Positions 14,281-27,748 of a stretch of DNA of 64,000 nt are shown in pieces. The stretch lies in assembly GCA_964016885.1 (NCBI GenBank), contig OZ024747.1, forward strand, positions 64,728,001-64,792,000. Reading direction: 5' to 3'. Position 1 is the stretch's first letter, and every line of letters begins with the position of its first letter. The stretch comes from Eledone cirrhosa. Lineage: Eukaryota. Position numbers and translations under genes: made by a program. The notes beneath the pieces were generated by a model, which did not search any database, had not been told where the DNA came from, and saw only the letters and a program-made list of their open reading frames with translations.

Positions 14281-14560
14281 TCCGTGGTTACAAACCTTTT
14301 GTGTCCCATGCCCCACCTCAACATTTCAAACATACCCCACTTTGATATCGGAACAACGATGATCAATTACAAAGTGTAAACAATTTGACGTATAGGTGGT
14401 GCCAGATGCACAATAACATGTGTGGAGGAAGTGAGACAGGACTTTCCGACTATAATTTGTTCCAAATTTACCTTGAGGTAAAAGTAATAGGGTAAAATAT
14501 GAGATCTGCTCTCATTAACATCATTTCCAAATTGCTCACCTGTGGGGCGAGCATCCCACG
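14281..14560. mobile_element. hAT-type MITE, degraded copy of the element at 45849-46134
   Basis: Shares CCGTGGTT.CAA.CCTTTTG...CCATGCCCCACCTCAACAT...CAAAGTGTAAACAA...CCTGTGGGG with 45849-46134. Confidence 0.7.
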
Positions 14561-16576
14561 TCTACATGTTCACTTGTCTTTTATAACATTTAATGTTTGT
14601 AGAATTATATTCTATACCTTTTCAATACAGATAAAAATGGTCAGAGGTATTGTTTCTATATGGAACAGAAAACGGTAGAATTATGTATCATAACTTATTC
14701 ACATATAAAAATTAATAAAACCAGACGCTAGAAATTATTCCATATTTGATGTGTACGGTGGATAATCATTAGATATAATTTCGATTCGAGTGTTATAAAC
14801 CATATGTTAATAAATGGAGCGTCGATAATTAAATGAATACACATAATACATCTATTCTACACATGATTAAACTTAAGCAAATCATCGCAAATTCAGAATG
14901 ATATCCGGGCATAATATTACAAAAGAAATATTAATATAAGTACTAGAAATATTCCAAACTCATATCATGTTCCACATTCTCCATGATTGAGAAAGAGGGA
15001 ATTACTCATAAAACTGAGAAATGATAGGTTTTCAGTTATTGTTTTCTTTCCAATGTAATCAAAAATAAATACTGATATCTGTGTTCAGTCAATTGAAAAA
15101 GAAAAAGAGAAATCCATATTCCTGTTTATTATAGGGACACCATAGTTATATGATGAACCTAATGCTAGATGCTATATTATAAAAGATTGATGCTACTGTT
15201 TGGCATTCATTTTTGCCTGGGTTTCGTCAATCGCATTTATACGACGGATTTATTTATATGTAGTTCTCGGTGTAAGAGGAACGTAAAAACATGTTATAGA
15301 TTGTGCTGCAATTACTACTGCCACTGCTGCTACTACTACTATCACTGCTGCTACTACTACTACTGTTTGTGCTACTGCTACTAGAACTACTGCTGCTACT
15401 ACTACTTCTCCTCTTCCTACTACAATCATCATCATCATCATCATCAACATCAACAACAACATTATTATTGTTATTTTTTCAGTGCAGGCATAGTGGGAAA
15501 TGTTTTTGTGTCGTTCCTTCAGGCAATGAATTTTCACCTTATATAGTTCAGCGACATGGAAAAGTTATTCTTTGAAAAGATATTCGTATCCAGTGATCTT
15601 ATAGTTTTATAGTTTTCAGTAAAATAGAGAATTATTTTGTTTTGATTGGCAGAATCCTCGTTTGAGCATCGGATCAAATAAATTACTGTATTTATACAGC
15701 TCATTGCGTTCTCGGATCAAATCCCGCTGAAGTCGAACTTGACTTTCATTTATTCAGGGTCGATAAAGTAAAACAACAGTGAATATTTTGATTAATATCC
15801 TCTCCACCAATTATCTGTTCTTTTGCCTTTCTAACATAATCATTGTTTGTATTGTTTTTGTTATTGATGTTCATCTGACTTCCATTTGTATCGCTCTTTC
15901 TATAACAACAATGAAATCCAAGAAACCATTATTAAATCTAAGATATCGTTACTACAATGAAATAAATTATTACAGCAATGAAAGAAATATGTTTTGTATG
16001 ATCAAAAACCACTATATTACGGTTGAAAGATTTCACCGATCTCTGTATTATAGGGTAGAATGTTTGTGTTCTTTTATCTTCACAGATAAAGTGAGAATTA
16101 GAAATGTTCATATGCCAGACAGTGTATCAAATTGTAGATTGCTCTGCTTATAATCACTGGAAGCCATGAATAATATTTGTGTGGATAACATTAACATATA
16201 ATATTGTATCTATCTGAATATCATAGCTTCTGTACTTTACTTCAGATCGTGGAGAACTATTGCAAAATAGAATATATTTCTTCGAGCAGAATTGTAATCG
16301 GGAGTCATATGAATATTTATATTTCACAGTCTTTTCTGTAAGTCCATGGAAAAGATAATAATCCTATGAAATATAATTACTAATTTTATATTCATGAATT
16401 TGAAATCGTATTGTTTTTACTCCTTTTTGGTTTGTGTTTTACATATATTTGTCACATTCTTTTAACATGTATCGTTCATTAACACATATTTTCCATTTCT
16501 TTGCATACCTTTGACGGTTGATGCTAATAATAATAACAATGATAATAATAACAATACTTTTAAACAATGATTATAA

Positions 16577-16670
16577 CAAAAACAATAAAAATCCTTTCTA
16601 ATATTGGCACAAAAAACAATACGAATTCTTTCTAATATTGGCACAAAAAACAATAAAAATTCTTTCTAAT
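16577..16670. repeat. Short tandem repeat, about 33-bp unit x3
   Basis: Repeated AAAAACAATA.AA.TTCTTTCTAATATTGGCAC. Confidence 0.7.
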
Positions 16671-16689
16671 ACGACCGAAGCAATGTTGA

Positions 16690-17300
16690 TGTTTTCCACC
16701 CCAGTCCAGTCATTGGCAGGCAACTTTCTCTCCGCCCATTTCTGCGTGACCCTGACTACATTAATCGTAGCCGCCAGACAGTTCTGGTCTACCTAGATGA
16801 GTGGTCCAAATAAGATTCCGAGTACTTTGACCGGGCCGTCAGTCCAACGGCAACGATTTCCACTGGCCAGCAAAGTCCTGTTGCTACACATACAGATGTT
16901 CAATCCCATGACTCGTCACTATTAATACAAGTGTCAGTCACCTGCTGGTTGTCTTCCAGTATGGAGCCAACTGCATCTCTAAATATGAAGTGTCCGACAC
17001 CATATCAGTTTCATCATCTGTGTATGCAGTCTTGGCTCTCCTGCGTCAAAGTTCTAGCGGAATTCCATTCAACATGTCCATTCTCCTCAGAATAGGCTCT
17101 AAAGCCAGCACATGGAGTAGATGGGAAAGGGGACATTCGCAACGGAGCGGTTGTTTGATATTGAGAAAGTCTGATATGTGGGCATTCAATTTGACCTCCG
17201 AACATATACCACTGTAGAATGTGGTGATGCAGCTCCTGAAAACTCAGCCGAAACAGCTGTCCGCAGGACAGCCTCTAATTAACGATGTTCTACCTGGTAA
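16690..17300 (-). pseudogene. Old degraded Tx1 RT fragment
   Basis: Minus strand reads RWTDGPVKVLGILFGP, matching RWTDGPVKLLGVWFGP of the LINE at about 7.2 kb; flanking similarity to the YADD and QGCP regions. Confidence 0.8.
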
Positions 17301-18652
17301 AGAGCCAGTAGATCAGGTACGCTATTTTATCGACCCTGGTAGTATAAAAGGTAAATTTGACCTGAGAAGGTAAAAGGTGGTTACAAATATTGTAATGCAC
17401 CCGTGACAACCCACAATAATAAATATACCATTCTATATGTATGGTTTAAACAAATATACTATTTATTTTGTATCTGCTTAGGAGCTGCACATTCTTGTAC
17501 TGAAACCTTATTCCTAAGAGTGTATTTGATAAACACTTGATATATATTGTATTTTATATACTCTGAAGATTTCATTTTCAAGAAGCAGCCACCATTTATA
17601 TATGTGTGAAATATAGATATGTATTTCAGTTGATATAAATGCGTCGTAGTTTTATGGTAACTTAATTTCTGATGCGTTAATAGGATAAGTGAAATTAGTT
17701 GCTTGAAATGTAGATAAAAAAAACACGTGTTACAGGAACCTTGCATTTTGTTTAAGTGTGGTTGCTATAAAATATCGTTAGTTCGATGTTAGCATATATA
17801 TCAGTTGAGAAAATCGAATTCATTTGAATATGTGGGCTCACATAAAAGTACTTTCGTGGGAAGAAATCAATAAAAATATTGAACATACATTGTTGAAATT
17901 TCTTTGGTAAGTCCAATATAAATCGAATTATAGTTTGAATATCAACATATATTCAGTGATATTGAGATCACTGTATAGAAAAGGAAACACACATTACAGC
18001 GGAGATTGAATTACTTGTTCGTTTTCTTGCAGAACACTGAAAAGTTATTAGTTAATAAATCTAAACGTGAATATGTTAGATAGATTGTGAATTGAAAGAT
18101 ATATAAAATGTTACACAGATATGATAGGTCGCAGAGTCATAATTCTCTACTCTAGAGGAGAAATACATCGATGACAACAATTGAGGGAGAAATAGTATTT
18201 TATTGCACATCATGCCTAATAATATTTGGTTTTTACAAATAGAAATAATCAATATTTAGTTACCATTAGCAACGTATAGTTATTTGAATTCTATTTGGTT
18301 TAGAAATTTAATAACGACCAAAAAAGTGACGTTGAAATCGAGATAGATAAAGTTAATAATTAAAATATAAAATCTTCCTCAATTTCCATTTCCCTTTTTT
18401 AGTTTCCATCTTACAAGTTGACTTCAAGTAATACGTTTAGAAATTCTGGATATCATGTCGATGAGTCAATCTGTGTTTTAACCTATTGACCTAACGCAAA
18501 TGTACGAAGAGATAAAATAGTCATAAACTGAAGATATGCTAAGTCCGTCTCTCTATTTTATTTCGTACTAATAATTGTTTCTACCACAGACTCAATACCA
18601 GAGACTTATGCCGGAAGATTTATTCGCTTATAGGGAGATCAGTACATAACTA

Positions 18653-18862
18653 ATCGGCCCCAGGGCTACGTCCTTACTCACCACCATAGGCGCTAAGCTG
18701 GCCAGCCGCAGGTGTGAGCCCCGCGAGTTGGAGGGGCTTTACCAGCGTGTCTCCCTTGCCGTCCTTCGGGGAAACGCCTTCTCCATTCTGTCCCCCGGGG
18801 CTGTGGGTAGGCCCCATCGCGTACCGTTGTAGTTGTTGTATACACATCAATCCCATTGTCTT

Positions 18863-18866
<4 letters not shown>
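18653..18866 (+). mobile_element. 3' end of a CRE-clade (RLE-type) LINE
   Basis: 18653-18832 translates IGPRATSLLTTIGAKLASRRCEPRELEGLYQRVSLAVLRGNAFSIL*, matching the CRE C-terminal QRxSxAxxRGNA motif; short UTR then (TA)n. Confidence 0.75.
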
Positions 18867-18933
<67 letters not shown>

Positions 18934-19719
18934 AACTTTTTATCTAAGACAAAACCACGTTTATGGTAGAAATAAAGTCGTAGACTATTTATTGGTGATG
19001 ATATGAAAAAAAAAAAAAAAACATTAAAAGGAATCACACCAGGAAAATGACAAGGATATTCTATAAAACGAGAAGGATAAATTATTAAAACTAATTCAAG
19101 ATTCATATTTTTTTCTGAAGGCACTAATATATTATTTTCCCCACCACAGATAGATAAAATGCAACATTGATCCAGTATGGTTTAAAAGGAGTATCTGTGT
19201 CGATTCAATCGGCGTTCCCCTTCTCTCAAATCTGTTGACTTTGTGTCTAAAATGAGAACCGTTGTGTTATTTAAGCAGGTTACACAAAGGGAACAATTTT
19301 AAAGTTATAAATAGAGATAAAAAAACAACGAAATCTTTATGACACTTTTCTTTTTACTATGGGCATTGTGGTTAATGAACCTTTGGAATAATACTAATTT
19401 TATTAAAAAAATTTTAGAATATTTTGGAAATAATATTGCAATAATGTTTGTATATAAATTTATAATCAATTTAAATTACTTTCTATATCTTTTATTAACC
19501 ACGCAAAGGATCAGGAAAAAATGTTATGAGTAAACAAAATGTGCCATTTTTTTAAAGAACACTTATCTACTTGGTTATAATACACCACTATGGCCCATCA
19601 TTGTTGTCATGCGGCTTACACACCCAAATTGTGGAATTGCAGGTAATATTTTGTGAAAGTCTTGAGGTAATAAATATACCAATATTTTTAAACATAATTC
19701 TCTAATTATGAAATTGTCA

Positions 19720-19910
19720 AGGGCGGTGGATTGGCAGTATCGGTAGAGGGTCGGGCGCCATGATCTGAGTTCAATTCCCACCGAGGTTACCTTTGCCTTT
19801 CATCATTATGGGGTCGATGAAATAAAGTACCAGTCACGCACTGGGGGTCGATTTAATCGACTTTCCTCTCTCCCCAAATTACTGGCTCTGTGCCTATATA
19901 AGAAACCATT
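19720..19910 (+). mobile_element. tRNA-derived SINE (cephalopod-type) with TSD
   Basis: A-box-like GGATTGGCAG, B-box GAGTTCAATTCC, conserved TTTGCCTTTCATC...GGGGTCGAT.AAATAAAGTACC; TSD ATTATGAAATTGTCA on both sides. Confidence 0.9.
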
Positions 19911-20565
19911 ATGAAATTGTCATCATTTATCACGACATGGGTACACCATTATAGTATCAATAATAATATTACTAATAATAACATTAACTGAAACACATGC
20001 GATCGTTATAGGGAAAATTTAGTTTGTTTAAATATGAGAATAAAAATATTATAACTTTGTAAAAGATATGCATTTATTCTTTATCTCTGCTCGATATTGC
20101 TTTTTGTTTCCATATTTCTGCTGATTATAAATTTAATGAAACATAAATCTTGTTACATATGGGAACCGTTAAACATTCGCATTATATTATCATTTTAACA
20201 TTGTTCTATATTTCATTGGTATCACGATATGTGCTATTGGATGTTACAAGCTTAAAGATTTACGCAGTAAAAATAATTACAATTCTATGTCACCCTACAT
20301 TATAACCATATTTGGAATTATTTTATGTATATTTTTGAATATATTGTTTGTATTTTAACTCACAATACAAGCATTTCTCACACGATATGTTTCCATATTT
20401 CACATACGTCAGATTATTTTATGACATATTAAGTTCCATTATAGAAAATTTTACGAAAGAAAACTCACAGTTTTATGTGAAGTTATATAAACTCTAAATA
20501 TATGTTGTTATAACAAGACATTTTTATGTTGTTTTTATTCCCTATCCGACAGAATCACATAATAA

Positions 20566-21410
20566 TTGTTTCTACTTTAGGCATAAGGCCATCAATTTGT
20601 CGATTAAATCCACCCAGTGCGTGACTGGTACTTTATTTTATCGACCCCGTAAGGATGAAAGGCAAAGTTAACATCGGCAAGATTTGAACTCAGAACGTAA
20701 AGGGCCATAACTCTATGCTGTAAAGCATGGTGTCTGACTCTATGCTGTAAAGCATGGTGTCTGCCAATCCATAATAATGGTTTCTGATTTAGGCACAGGA
20801 CCAACAATTTCTTGGAGAAAGGTAATTCGGTTATATCGATCTCAGTGCATTACTGGTGCTTTATTTTATCGAGTCCTAAGGAAAAGAAGCTATTCTCGGC
20901 AGGATTTGAACTCAGAACGTAAAGGACTATGTAACTGTACGACACGCTGTTAAGCATTTTCTCCGATTCTCTATCGATACTGCCAATCCACCACCATAAT
21001 AATAAGTATTTCGAATATAGGCAGAAGGTCAGTAATTTGCGGAGAGGGGAAATTCGATTAAATCGACCCCAGTACGTTACTTGTGCTTTATTTTATCAAC
21101 GCCTTAAGGATGAAAGCCAAAGTTAACCTCGGCGGGATTTGAACACAGATCGCAAAGGGCAGTACCTCTATGCTGCACAGCATGGTGTCCGGCTCTCTAC
21201 CGATTCTGCCAATACATGGTTTCTGATTAAGGCACAAGGCCAAGCATTTTGTGGGGAGGCAAAAGTCGATTAAATTTATCCCAATGCTTTAGAGGTACTT
21301 TATTTTATCGTTCCATGTAAGGACGAAAGGCAAAGCTTTCCTCAGCCGGATTTGAACTCAGAATATAAAGGGGCGTAACTCTATGCCGCTAAGCCGGGTC
21401 TCCGACGCTG
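20566..21410 (-). mobile_element. Four head-to-tail copies of the same SINE
   Basis: GATTTGAAC (reverse B-box) at about 20681, 20903, 21136 and 21349, each preceded by the reverse tail TTTC..ATT.AGGCA.AAGG. Confidence 0.85.
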
Positions 21411-21944
21411 AGTGGCACTAGTTCGATTCTTTAATGTAAAACACGGTTTCATTGGTGGTGGTGGTGGTGGATTTGGTTGTTTTGTCATTTGTAGTAGGCT
21501 TATTGGAGGACGATTTTGTTGGCATGTAGCATGTCTCAGACGAAGTCGGCGGAAAATATCTTTGTAGTTTTTGTTATTTTCGCATGAAAACGGATCCATT
21601 TATTGTATCTTTCTTAGTGATGTTGTAGCAAACCTTCCACATAATAATGATATGTCATGTTGGCTTTTAGGATGAACTTGTACGGGGTCATCATCAAAGC
21701 AAGAACCTTACCTCGTTACCGTGTTAAAGTTCTTCGGAATATCCTTGAGGATTGGTAAAACAAAATTCCATATTTTCCTTCAAATAAACACATTGATACC
21801 AAGGATGCTTTTGTAATCTTAATGAGGGAGATGGGTATAGTAGCAGGAAGTATAAGGATATTAGAAATGTCAGCAGAAACACAATGGCTATAAAAGATTT
21901 ATATAAAAATCTTTATATATATGTATGTGTGTGTGTATATGTGC

Positions 21945-21984
<40 letters not shown>

Positions 21985-22178
21985 TCAGGTTTGAGGTTCA
22001 CCACTGTATAGAGCTGGTCTATTCCGTATGGTCAATCGTAATGCAATAATATAGAGAGTACTCAACGTAAGGCAGTTCAACCGTCTTTGTTTTTGTAGTT
22101 GGTGGTGCTATTACGGAGTTAAATATTATAATGAAATGACAGGAGGCTGGATTTGTGTAAATCCTTGAAAGGTTTATT

Positions 22179-22236
22179 ATACTATGATCATTTCAATGAC
22201 CGGGTTCCGTATGAATCCGGTGATATCATCAGGTAT
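22179..22236 (-). ncRNA. Minimal hammerhead ribozyme, family B (left arm)
   Basis: Reverse complement of the HHR at 26222-26279. Confidence 0.7.
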
Positions 22237-24109
22237 TCGAAATATAATACGTGAATGTAATAGGTAAAATCCATGGGGCTGAAAATCGAGACCCGAGGGC
22301 GACCGCTATTCTGTTCCTTCAACCTCAGCCGATCGCCCTGGAGTGACGTGGCTAAATTTTACAGTATGCTACTACCGGTCAGATGAACGAAAACAGAAAG
22401 GGATGAGAGCATAGGTTAACGTCGATCCCATGACACACGGTAATAGAAAGAAAGAAAGGAAGGACAGAGAAGAAGGGGGAAGAAAGAAGAAGAAGAGAAG
22501 CCAGGGTTAATGTCAGCTAAAAGAGGAAGGCAACTACTACTGGTCAGATATAGGCAAGCAAGAGGGGGAAGGAAGATAAGTCTGCGGGAGGAAGACAGGG
22601 GGAGAGGAGAAGAGAAGGAAGGGAAGAGAGAAGTAGAAAAGTAAGGGTTGATGGCTACAAGAAGAAAGATAGAAAGAAAGAGGAAGAAAGGTCGATATTA
22701 ATGTCAGGCCACAGTGAAGCCAGGAGTGGCGCGAGAAAAGTTTTACAGGGACCCGCATCTTAGCAGAGGTGAATATATTGGGAGTCAGTGTTTTACAGTG
22801 TTTAGACTTCTAGGATGAAGTTAAAAAAATTAATAATCAATATTCAATATTAAAGAGGTTAGAAAATTTAAAGTTCAACAGTTTAACATTTAATTATATA
22901 ATAGTTCCGATTTGTTCTGTAATTTAAAGGTACTATTTGGCGGTTAAAACACCGGCCGCGCCCCGGGCCCCATGGCGAACTAAGCCACGCCGAGTATTTT
23001 CATTTACTGAAAGAAGGGGAAATTTATTTTTCCAAGCACTCCAGGTGAGCTCGTTCGCAAGGGAGCCGGTCGCGCCGCCATTAAAACCCACCCAACAGTC
23101 CGACAGAAAGTTTGAACTTTAAAATTTTGCTTAGAGAAGTAAAAGAGTAATGGTTGATAGCTACAAGAAGGAAGATAGAAAGAGAGAGGAAGGACGGTCG
23201 ATATTAATGTCACACCACAGTTGGGCCAGGAGTGGCGCGACAAAATTTTCACAGGGACTCGCATCTTAGCAGAGGTGAATATATTGGGGGTCAGTGTGTT
23301 ACAAGGTTTAGACTTATAGGATGAAGTTAAAAAATTAATAAATTAATAATCAATATTCCATATTAAAGAGGTTAGAACATTTAAAGCTCAACAGTTTCAG
23401 GTTGATACATCTAATAGTTCCGATTTGTTCTGTAATTTAAAGGTACTATTTGGCAGTTAAAACACCGGCCGCGCCCCGGGCCCCATGGCGAATTAAGCCA
23501 CGCCGAGTATTTTCATTTACCGAAAGAAGGGGAAATTTATTTTTCCAAGCACTCCAGGTGAGCCCGTTCGCCAGGGAGCCGGTCGCGCCGCCGTCAAAAC
23601 CCACCCAACGGTCCGACAGAAAGTTGGAACTTTAGAATTTTGCTTAACTCTATCGGATGAAGTTGAAAGAATTTAGAATAACATTATAAAACTAAGGAGT
23701 AAGAGGATTGAGAATTGAACAAACAGAAAATTGAAGATTAAACATTCAAATAACTTCTACGATTGACCATACGGAATAGACCAGCTCTATACAGTGGTGA
23801 ACCTCAAACCTGAATAAATAACGCTCCTGAAATGTTGAGCACTTCAAAATGTAATAATCAACAGCGGCATGGGACTGAATATATCTAACCACAATTCGAA
23901 CTTTGGCTACCCGGTGCTTTCGCCTGGCCCTTTGCTACTCCCCTCACAGAATATCCGAACTTCGACGAAACTCCACGGACTGGACCATAACATGTATTGT
24001 ACTGCACTGAATTAACTAAATGGCTACCCTATACTTCTGGGCATGTATAACTCACACTGAACTCCCAGACTCGAACACACACTGTTTCCACATCTATATG
24101 CATTATCTG

Positions 24110-24585
24110 ACTGCAACTTGAACTATATTGTATTTCTCCTGTGTCTTGAACTCTCCATTTAATAGACAACGACTCTTGTTTGTTTATTTATATCTTTACA
24201 TCTTTATTTGCTGTATTAATGCTCCTCCACGTATTCTACCTCTCTACATGCATGTACTTTTAACTCCCCTTATTCGGACTTTTACTCGCGTGCACCCTTA
24301 GCACACGACACAGGATTGCCCCCCCCCCCCCCCGGGAACATAAATACTGCAACCTGAACTATATTGTAATTCTCCTATGTCCTGATTTCTCCATCTTACT
24401 CCAACACCACTCTTGTTGGTTTACTTACATGTTTATACCTATATATTGATATGTTTATATATTTATACCTCTGCTGTACCAATGTGCTCTTTCACGTATT
24501 CCACTTCTATGTATCCATGTATTTCTACTCCTCACATTGGGACCTGTACCCATTAGCACACGACACTAGAATGTCTCCTCCTGAG
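24110..24585. repeat. Diverged direct duplication, about 235-bp period, in the spacer of the fold-back
   Basis: ACTGCAAC.TGAACTATATTGTA.TTCTCCT and TTAGCACACGACAC each occur twice. Confidence 0.7.
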
Positions 24586-26221
24586 AACAAAAATTAAACA
24601 TTACACGACTATATCCCGTACTCTACATCCCACTAGGATAAATTACAGATCTACATAATACAATTAACGTTTCTTCATAAAAGACTATTTAATTAAACCC
24701 CGCAACCCAAAACCTCATAGAAGTTATTTGTTTTTCTGTTTGTTCAATTCTCAATCTTCTTACTCCTTAGTTTTATAATGTTATTCTGAATTCTTTCAAC
24801 TTCATCCGATAGAGTTAAGCAAAATTCTAAAGTTCCAACTTTCTGTCGGACCGGTGGGTGGGTTTTGGCGGCGGCGCGACCAGCTCCCTGGCGAACGGGC
24901 TCACCTGGAGTGCTTGGAAAAATAAATTTCCCCTTCTTTCGGTAAATGAAAATACTCGGCGTGGCTTAATTCGCCATGGGGCCCGGGGCGCGGCCGGTGT
25001 TTTAACCGCCAAATAGTACCTTTAAATTACAGAACAAATCGGAACTATTAGATATATCAACCTGAAACTGTTGAGCTTTAAATGTTCTAACCTCTTTAAT
25101 ATGGAATATTGATTATTAATTTATTAATTTTTTAACTTCATCCTATAAGTCTAAACCTTGTAACACACTGACCCCCAATATATTCACCTCTGCTAAGATG
25201 CGAGTCCCTGTGAAAATTCTGTCGCGCCACTCCTGGCCCGACTGTGGTGTGACATTAATATCGACCTTCCTTCCTCTCTCTTTCTATCTTCCTTCTTGTA
25301 GCTATCAACCATTACTCTTTTACTTCTCTAAGCAAAATTTTAAAGTTCCAACTTTCTGTCAGACTGTTGGGTGGGTTTTAATGGCGGCGCGACCGGCTCC
25401 CTTGCGAACGAGCTCACCTAGAGTGCTTGGAAAAATAAATTTTCCCTTCTTTCAGTAAATGAAAATACTCGGCGTGGCTTAGTTCGCCATGGGGCCCGGG
25501 GCGCGGCCGGTGTTTTAACCGCCAAATAGTACCTTTAAATTACAGAACAAATCGGAACTATTATATAATTAAATGTTAAACTGTTGAACTTTAAATTTTC
25601 TAACCTCTTTAATATTGAATATTGATTATTAATTTGTTTAACTTCATCCTAGAAGTCTAAACACTGTAAAACACTGACTCCCAATATATTCATCTCTGCT
25701 AAGATGCGGGTCCCTGTAAAATTTTTCTCGCGCCACTCCTGGCTTGACTGTGGTCTGACATTAATATCGACCTTTCTTCCTCTTTCTTTCTATCTTCCTT
25801 CTTGTAGCCATCAACCCTTCTTTTCTACTTCTCTCTTCCCTTCCTTCTCTTCTCCCCTCCCCCTGTCTTCCTCCCGCAGACTTATCTTCCTTCCCCCCCT
25901 TGCTTGCCTATATCTGACCAGTAGTAGTTACCTTCCTCTTTTAGCTGACATTAACCCTGGCTTCTCTTCTTCTTTCTTCCCCCTTCTTCTCTCTCCTTCC
26001 TTTCTTTCTTTCTTTTACCTTGTGCCATGGGATCGACGTTAACCTATGCTCCCATCCCTTTCTGTTTTCGTTCATCTGACCGGTAGTAGCATACTGTAAA
26101 ATTTAGCCACGTCACTCCAGGGCGACCGGCTGAGGTTGAAGGAACAGAATAGCGGTCGCCCTCGGGTCTCGATTTTCAGCCCCATGGATTTTACCTATTA
26201 CATTCACGTATTATATTTCGA

Positions 26222-26279
26222 ATACCTGATGATATCACCGGATTCATACGGAACCCGGTCATTGAAATGATCATAGTAT
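26222..26279 (+). ncRNA. Minimal hammerhead ribozyme, family B (right arm)
   Basis: ATAC-CTGATGA-stem II (ACCGG..TTC/GAA..CCGGT)-GAAA-TGATCA (palindrome)-TA-GTAT, then AATAAA. Confidence 0.7.
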
Positions 26280-26331
26280 AATAAATAAACCTTTCAAGGA
26301 TTTACACAAATCCAGCCTCCTGTCATTTCAT

Positions 26332-26368
<37 letters not shown>

Positions 26369-26862
26369 GTCCTATTGCGGGCTGTGTGATCTTGAGCTAT
26401 TGTATATCCTTAGAAATGTTAAAAGGCTACTTAATAATAAGTTAGAAAGATCTATCTTCTGCAGACATAGAATAGCCACTAAATTCATAAGATTCAAACC
26501 TCCGTGAATCGAACCAACATAACATAGCTTTAAATTAGGATACCTACTACCCACAAAAAAAAAAAAATATATATATATATATATATTCATTAAGTATACT
26601 ATTTCCTTCACAAGTCTATACCACACAATTGTCTGTAAATACCTCATCTACCAACAATCTTACTCCTTCTCAGCTGCTGCAATCATTTGATCCTAGATCC
26701 TAGTTTTTCTCATTTCACTACTACAATGTTACTTTACCTTCTTTTTGCCATATTACAATTAGCACGCTTTTATCTTTGCATGTATGTATATTTTTGTACG
26801 AGTGTATATTAATGTGTATGTATGTGTCTATGTACACATATATGTGTATATATATTTATATT

Positions 26863-26938
<76 letters not shown>

Positions 26939-27455
26939 TAGATATATGCGTATATTAATTCGTTAACCTCTGTATTAACTCTACAACTATTGAGCTTTGA
27001 CAGTGGTCCCACTCATGTATACTGTTGAAGATGAAGAGAAAGACTGTAAAAACTAGCTTATCTTTATAATTTAAAATTGATACACACTACGATACTTTTT
27101 GCCTTATGACAGCTGGTTTTCACGCCGTAACATTAGATACATTATATACCCCCCACCTAAGTAATGTCAGGGTCTCCTTAAATAGTTTATTGATAGCATT
27201 GTTGTAATAATTGTTGTTGTTATTGTTCTAATTGAATGCCATAACTACTCCATATTTTCTTTTCTTTTCTTGCCTGTGTATTTTCTTCATTCTCGCATGC
27301 TCCGAAGATCTGACTGGTTATAATTCTGTATTAGCGATCGAGTGACGCAAAATTAGGCGGATAGCGATCTCTAGACATACCAGCTCAGTGAAACAAATGT
27401 AAGCTATGTGATTAAACATTTTTTGTATAGCAAACCATGTAAACCTTCTTTCCTG

Positions 27456-27493
<38 letters not shown>

Positions 27494-27547
27494 ATGTGTT
27501 GGTGTGTGTGTGTGTGAGTGTGTGTATGCGTATATATATATATATAT

Positions 27548-27707
27548 AGGAAAAGAGTCAGGACTCCGACGGCTGAGCTCCAACCGTTTCCACACCTAGA
27601 TCAGTACTAAACCAGTAATATGGTTTAGTTTACCCACTCTACTACGCTAAGTATCGAGTAATCTGGTGCGTTATGGTCCACCTGGTTTCTTACCACACTT
27701 TCTTTGT

Positions 27708-27710
<3 letters not shown>
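27548..27710. repeat. Dispersed short repeat between (TA)n tracts; also at 47165-47303, with weaker similarity at about 3340-3450
   Basis: Shared AGGAC.CCGACGGCTGAGCTC.A.CCGTTTC and TTACCCACTCTACTAC.CTAAGTAT.GAGTA...TATGGTCCACCTGGTT. Confidence 0.7.

Positions 27711-27748
<38 letters not shown>

Larger units (their letters stand above)
22128..26334. mobile_element. 4.2-kb non-autonomous PLE-like fold-back element with about 1.6-kb inverted arms
   Basis: About 22128-23759 is the reverse complement of about 24718-26334; each arm has an internal duplication with a 513-bp period (22937 vs 23450); an HHR plus AATAAA lies near each outer end; the right end abuts (TA)n. Confidence 0.85.

Noticed and set aside
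16245-16336. Possible exon (TTCAG...GTAAGT, open frame RGELLQNRIYFFEQNCNRESYEYLYFTVFS)
   Set aside because: Isolated, with no recognisable protein similarity or supporting neighbouring exons; needs RNA-seq
21712-21777. Possible minus-strand exon (KIWNFVLPILKDIPKNFNTVT) with a GTAAGG donor
   Set aside because: Weak acceptor, no recognisable homology
22937-26042. Repeated ORFs MAVKTPAAP... and MRVPVK...
   Set aside because: Short, present on both strands only because of the repeat structure, with no recognisable domain
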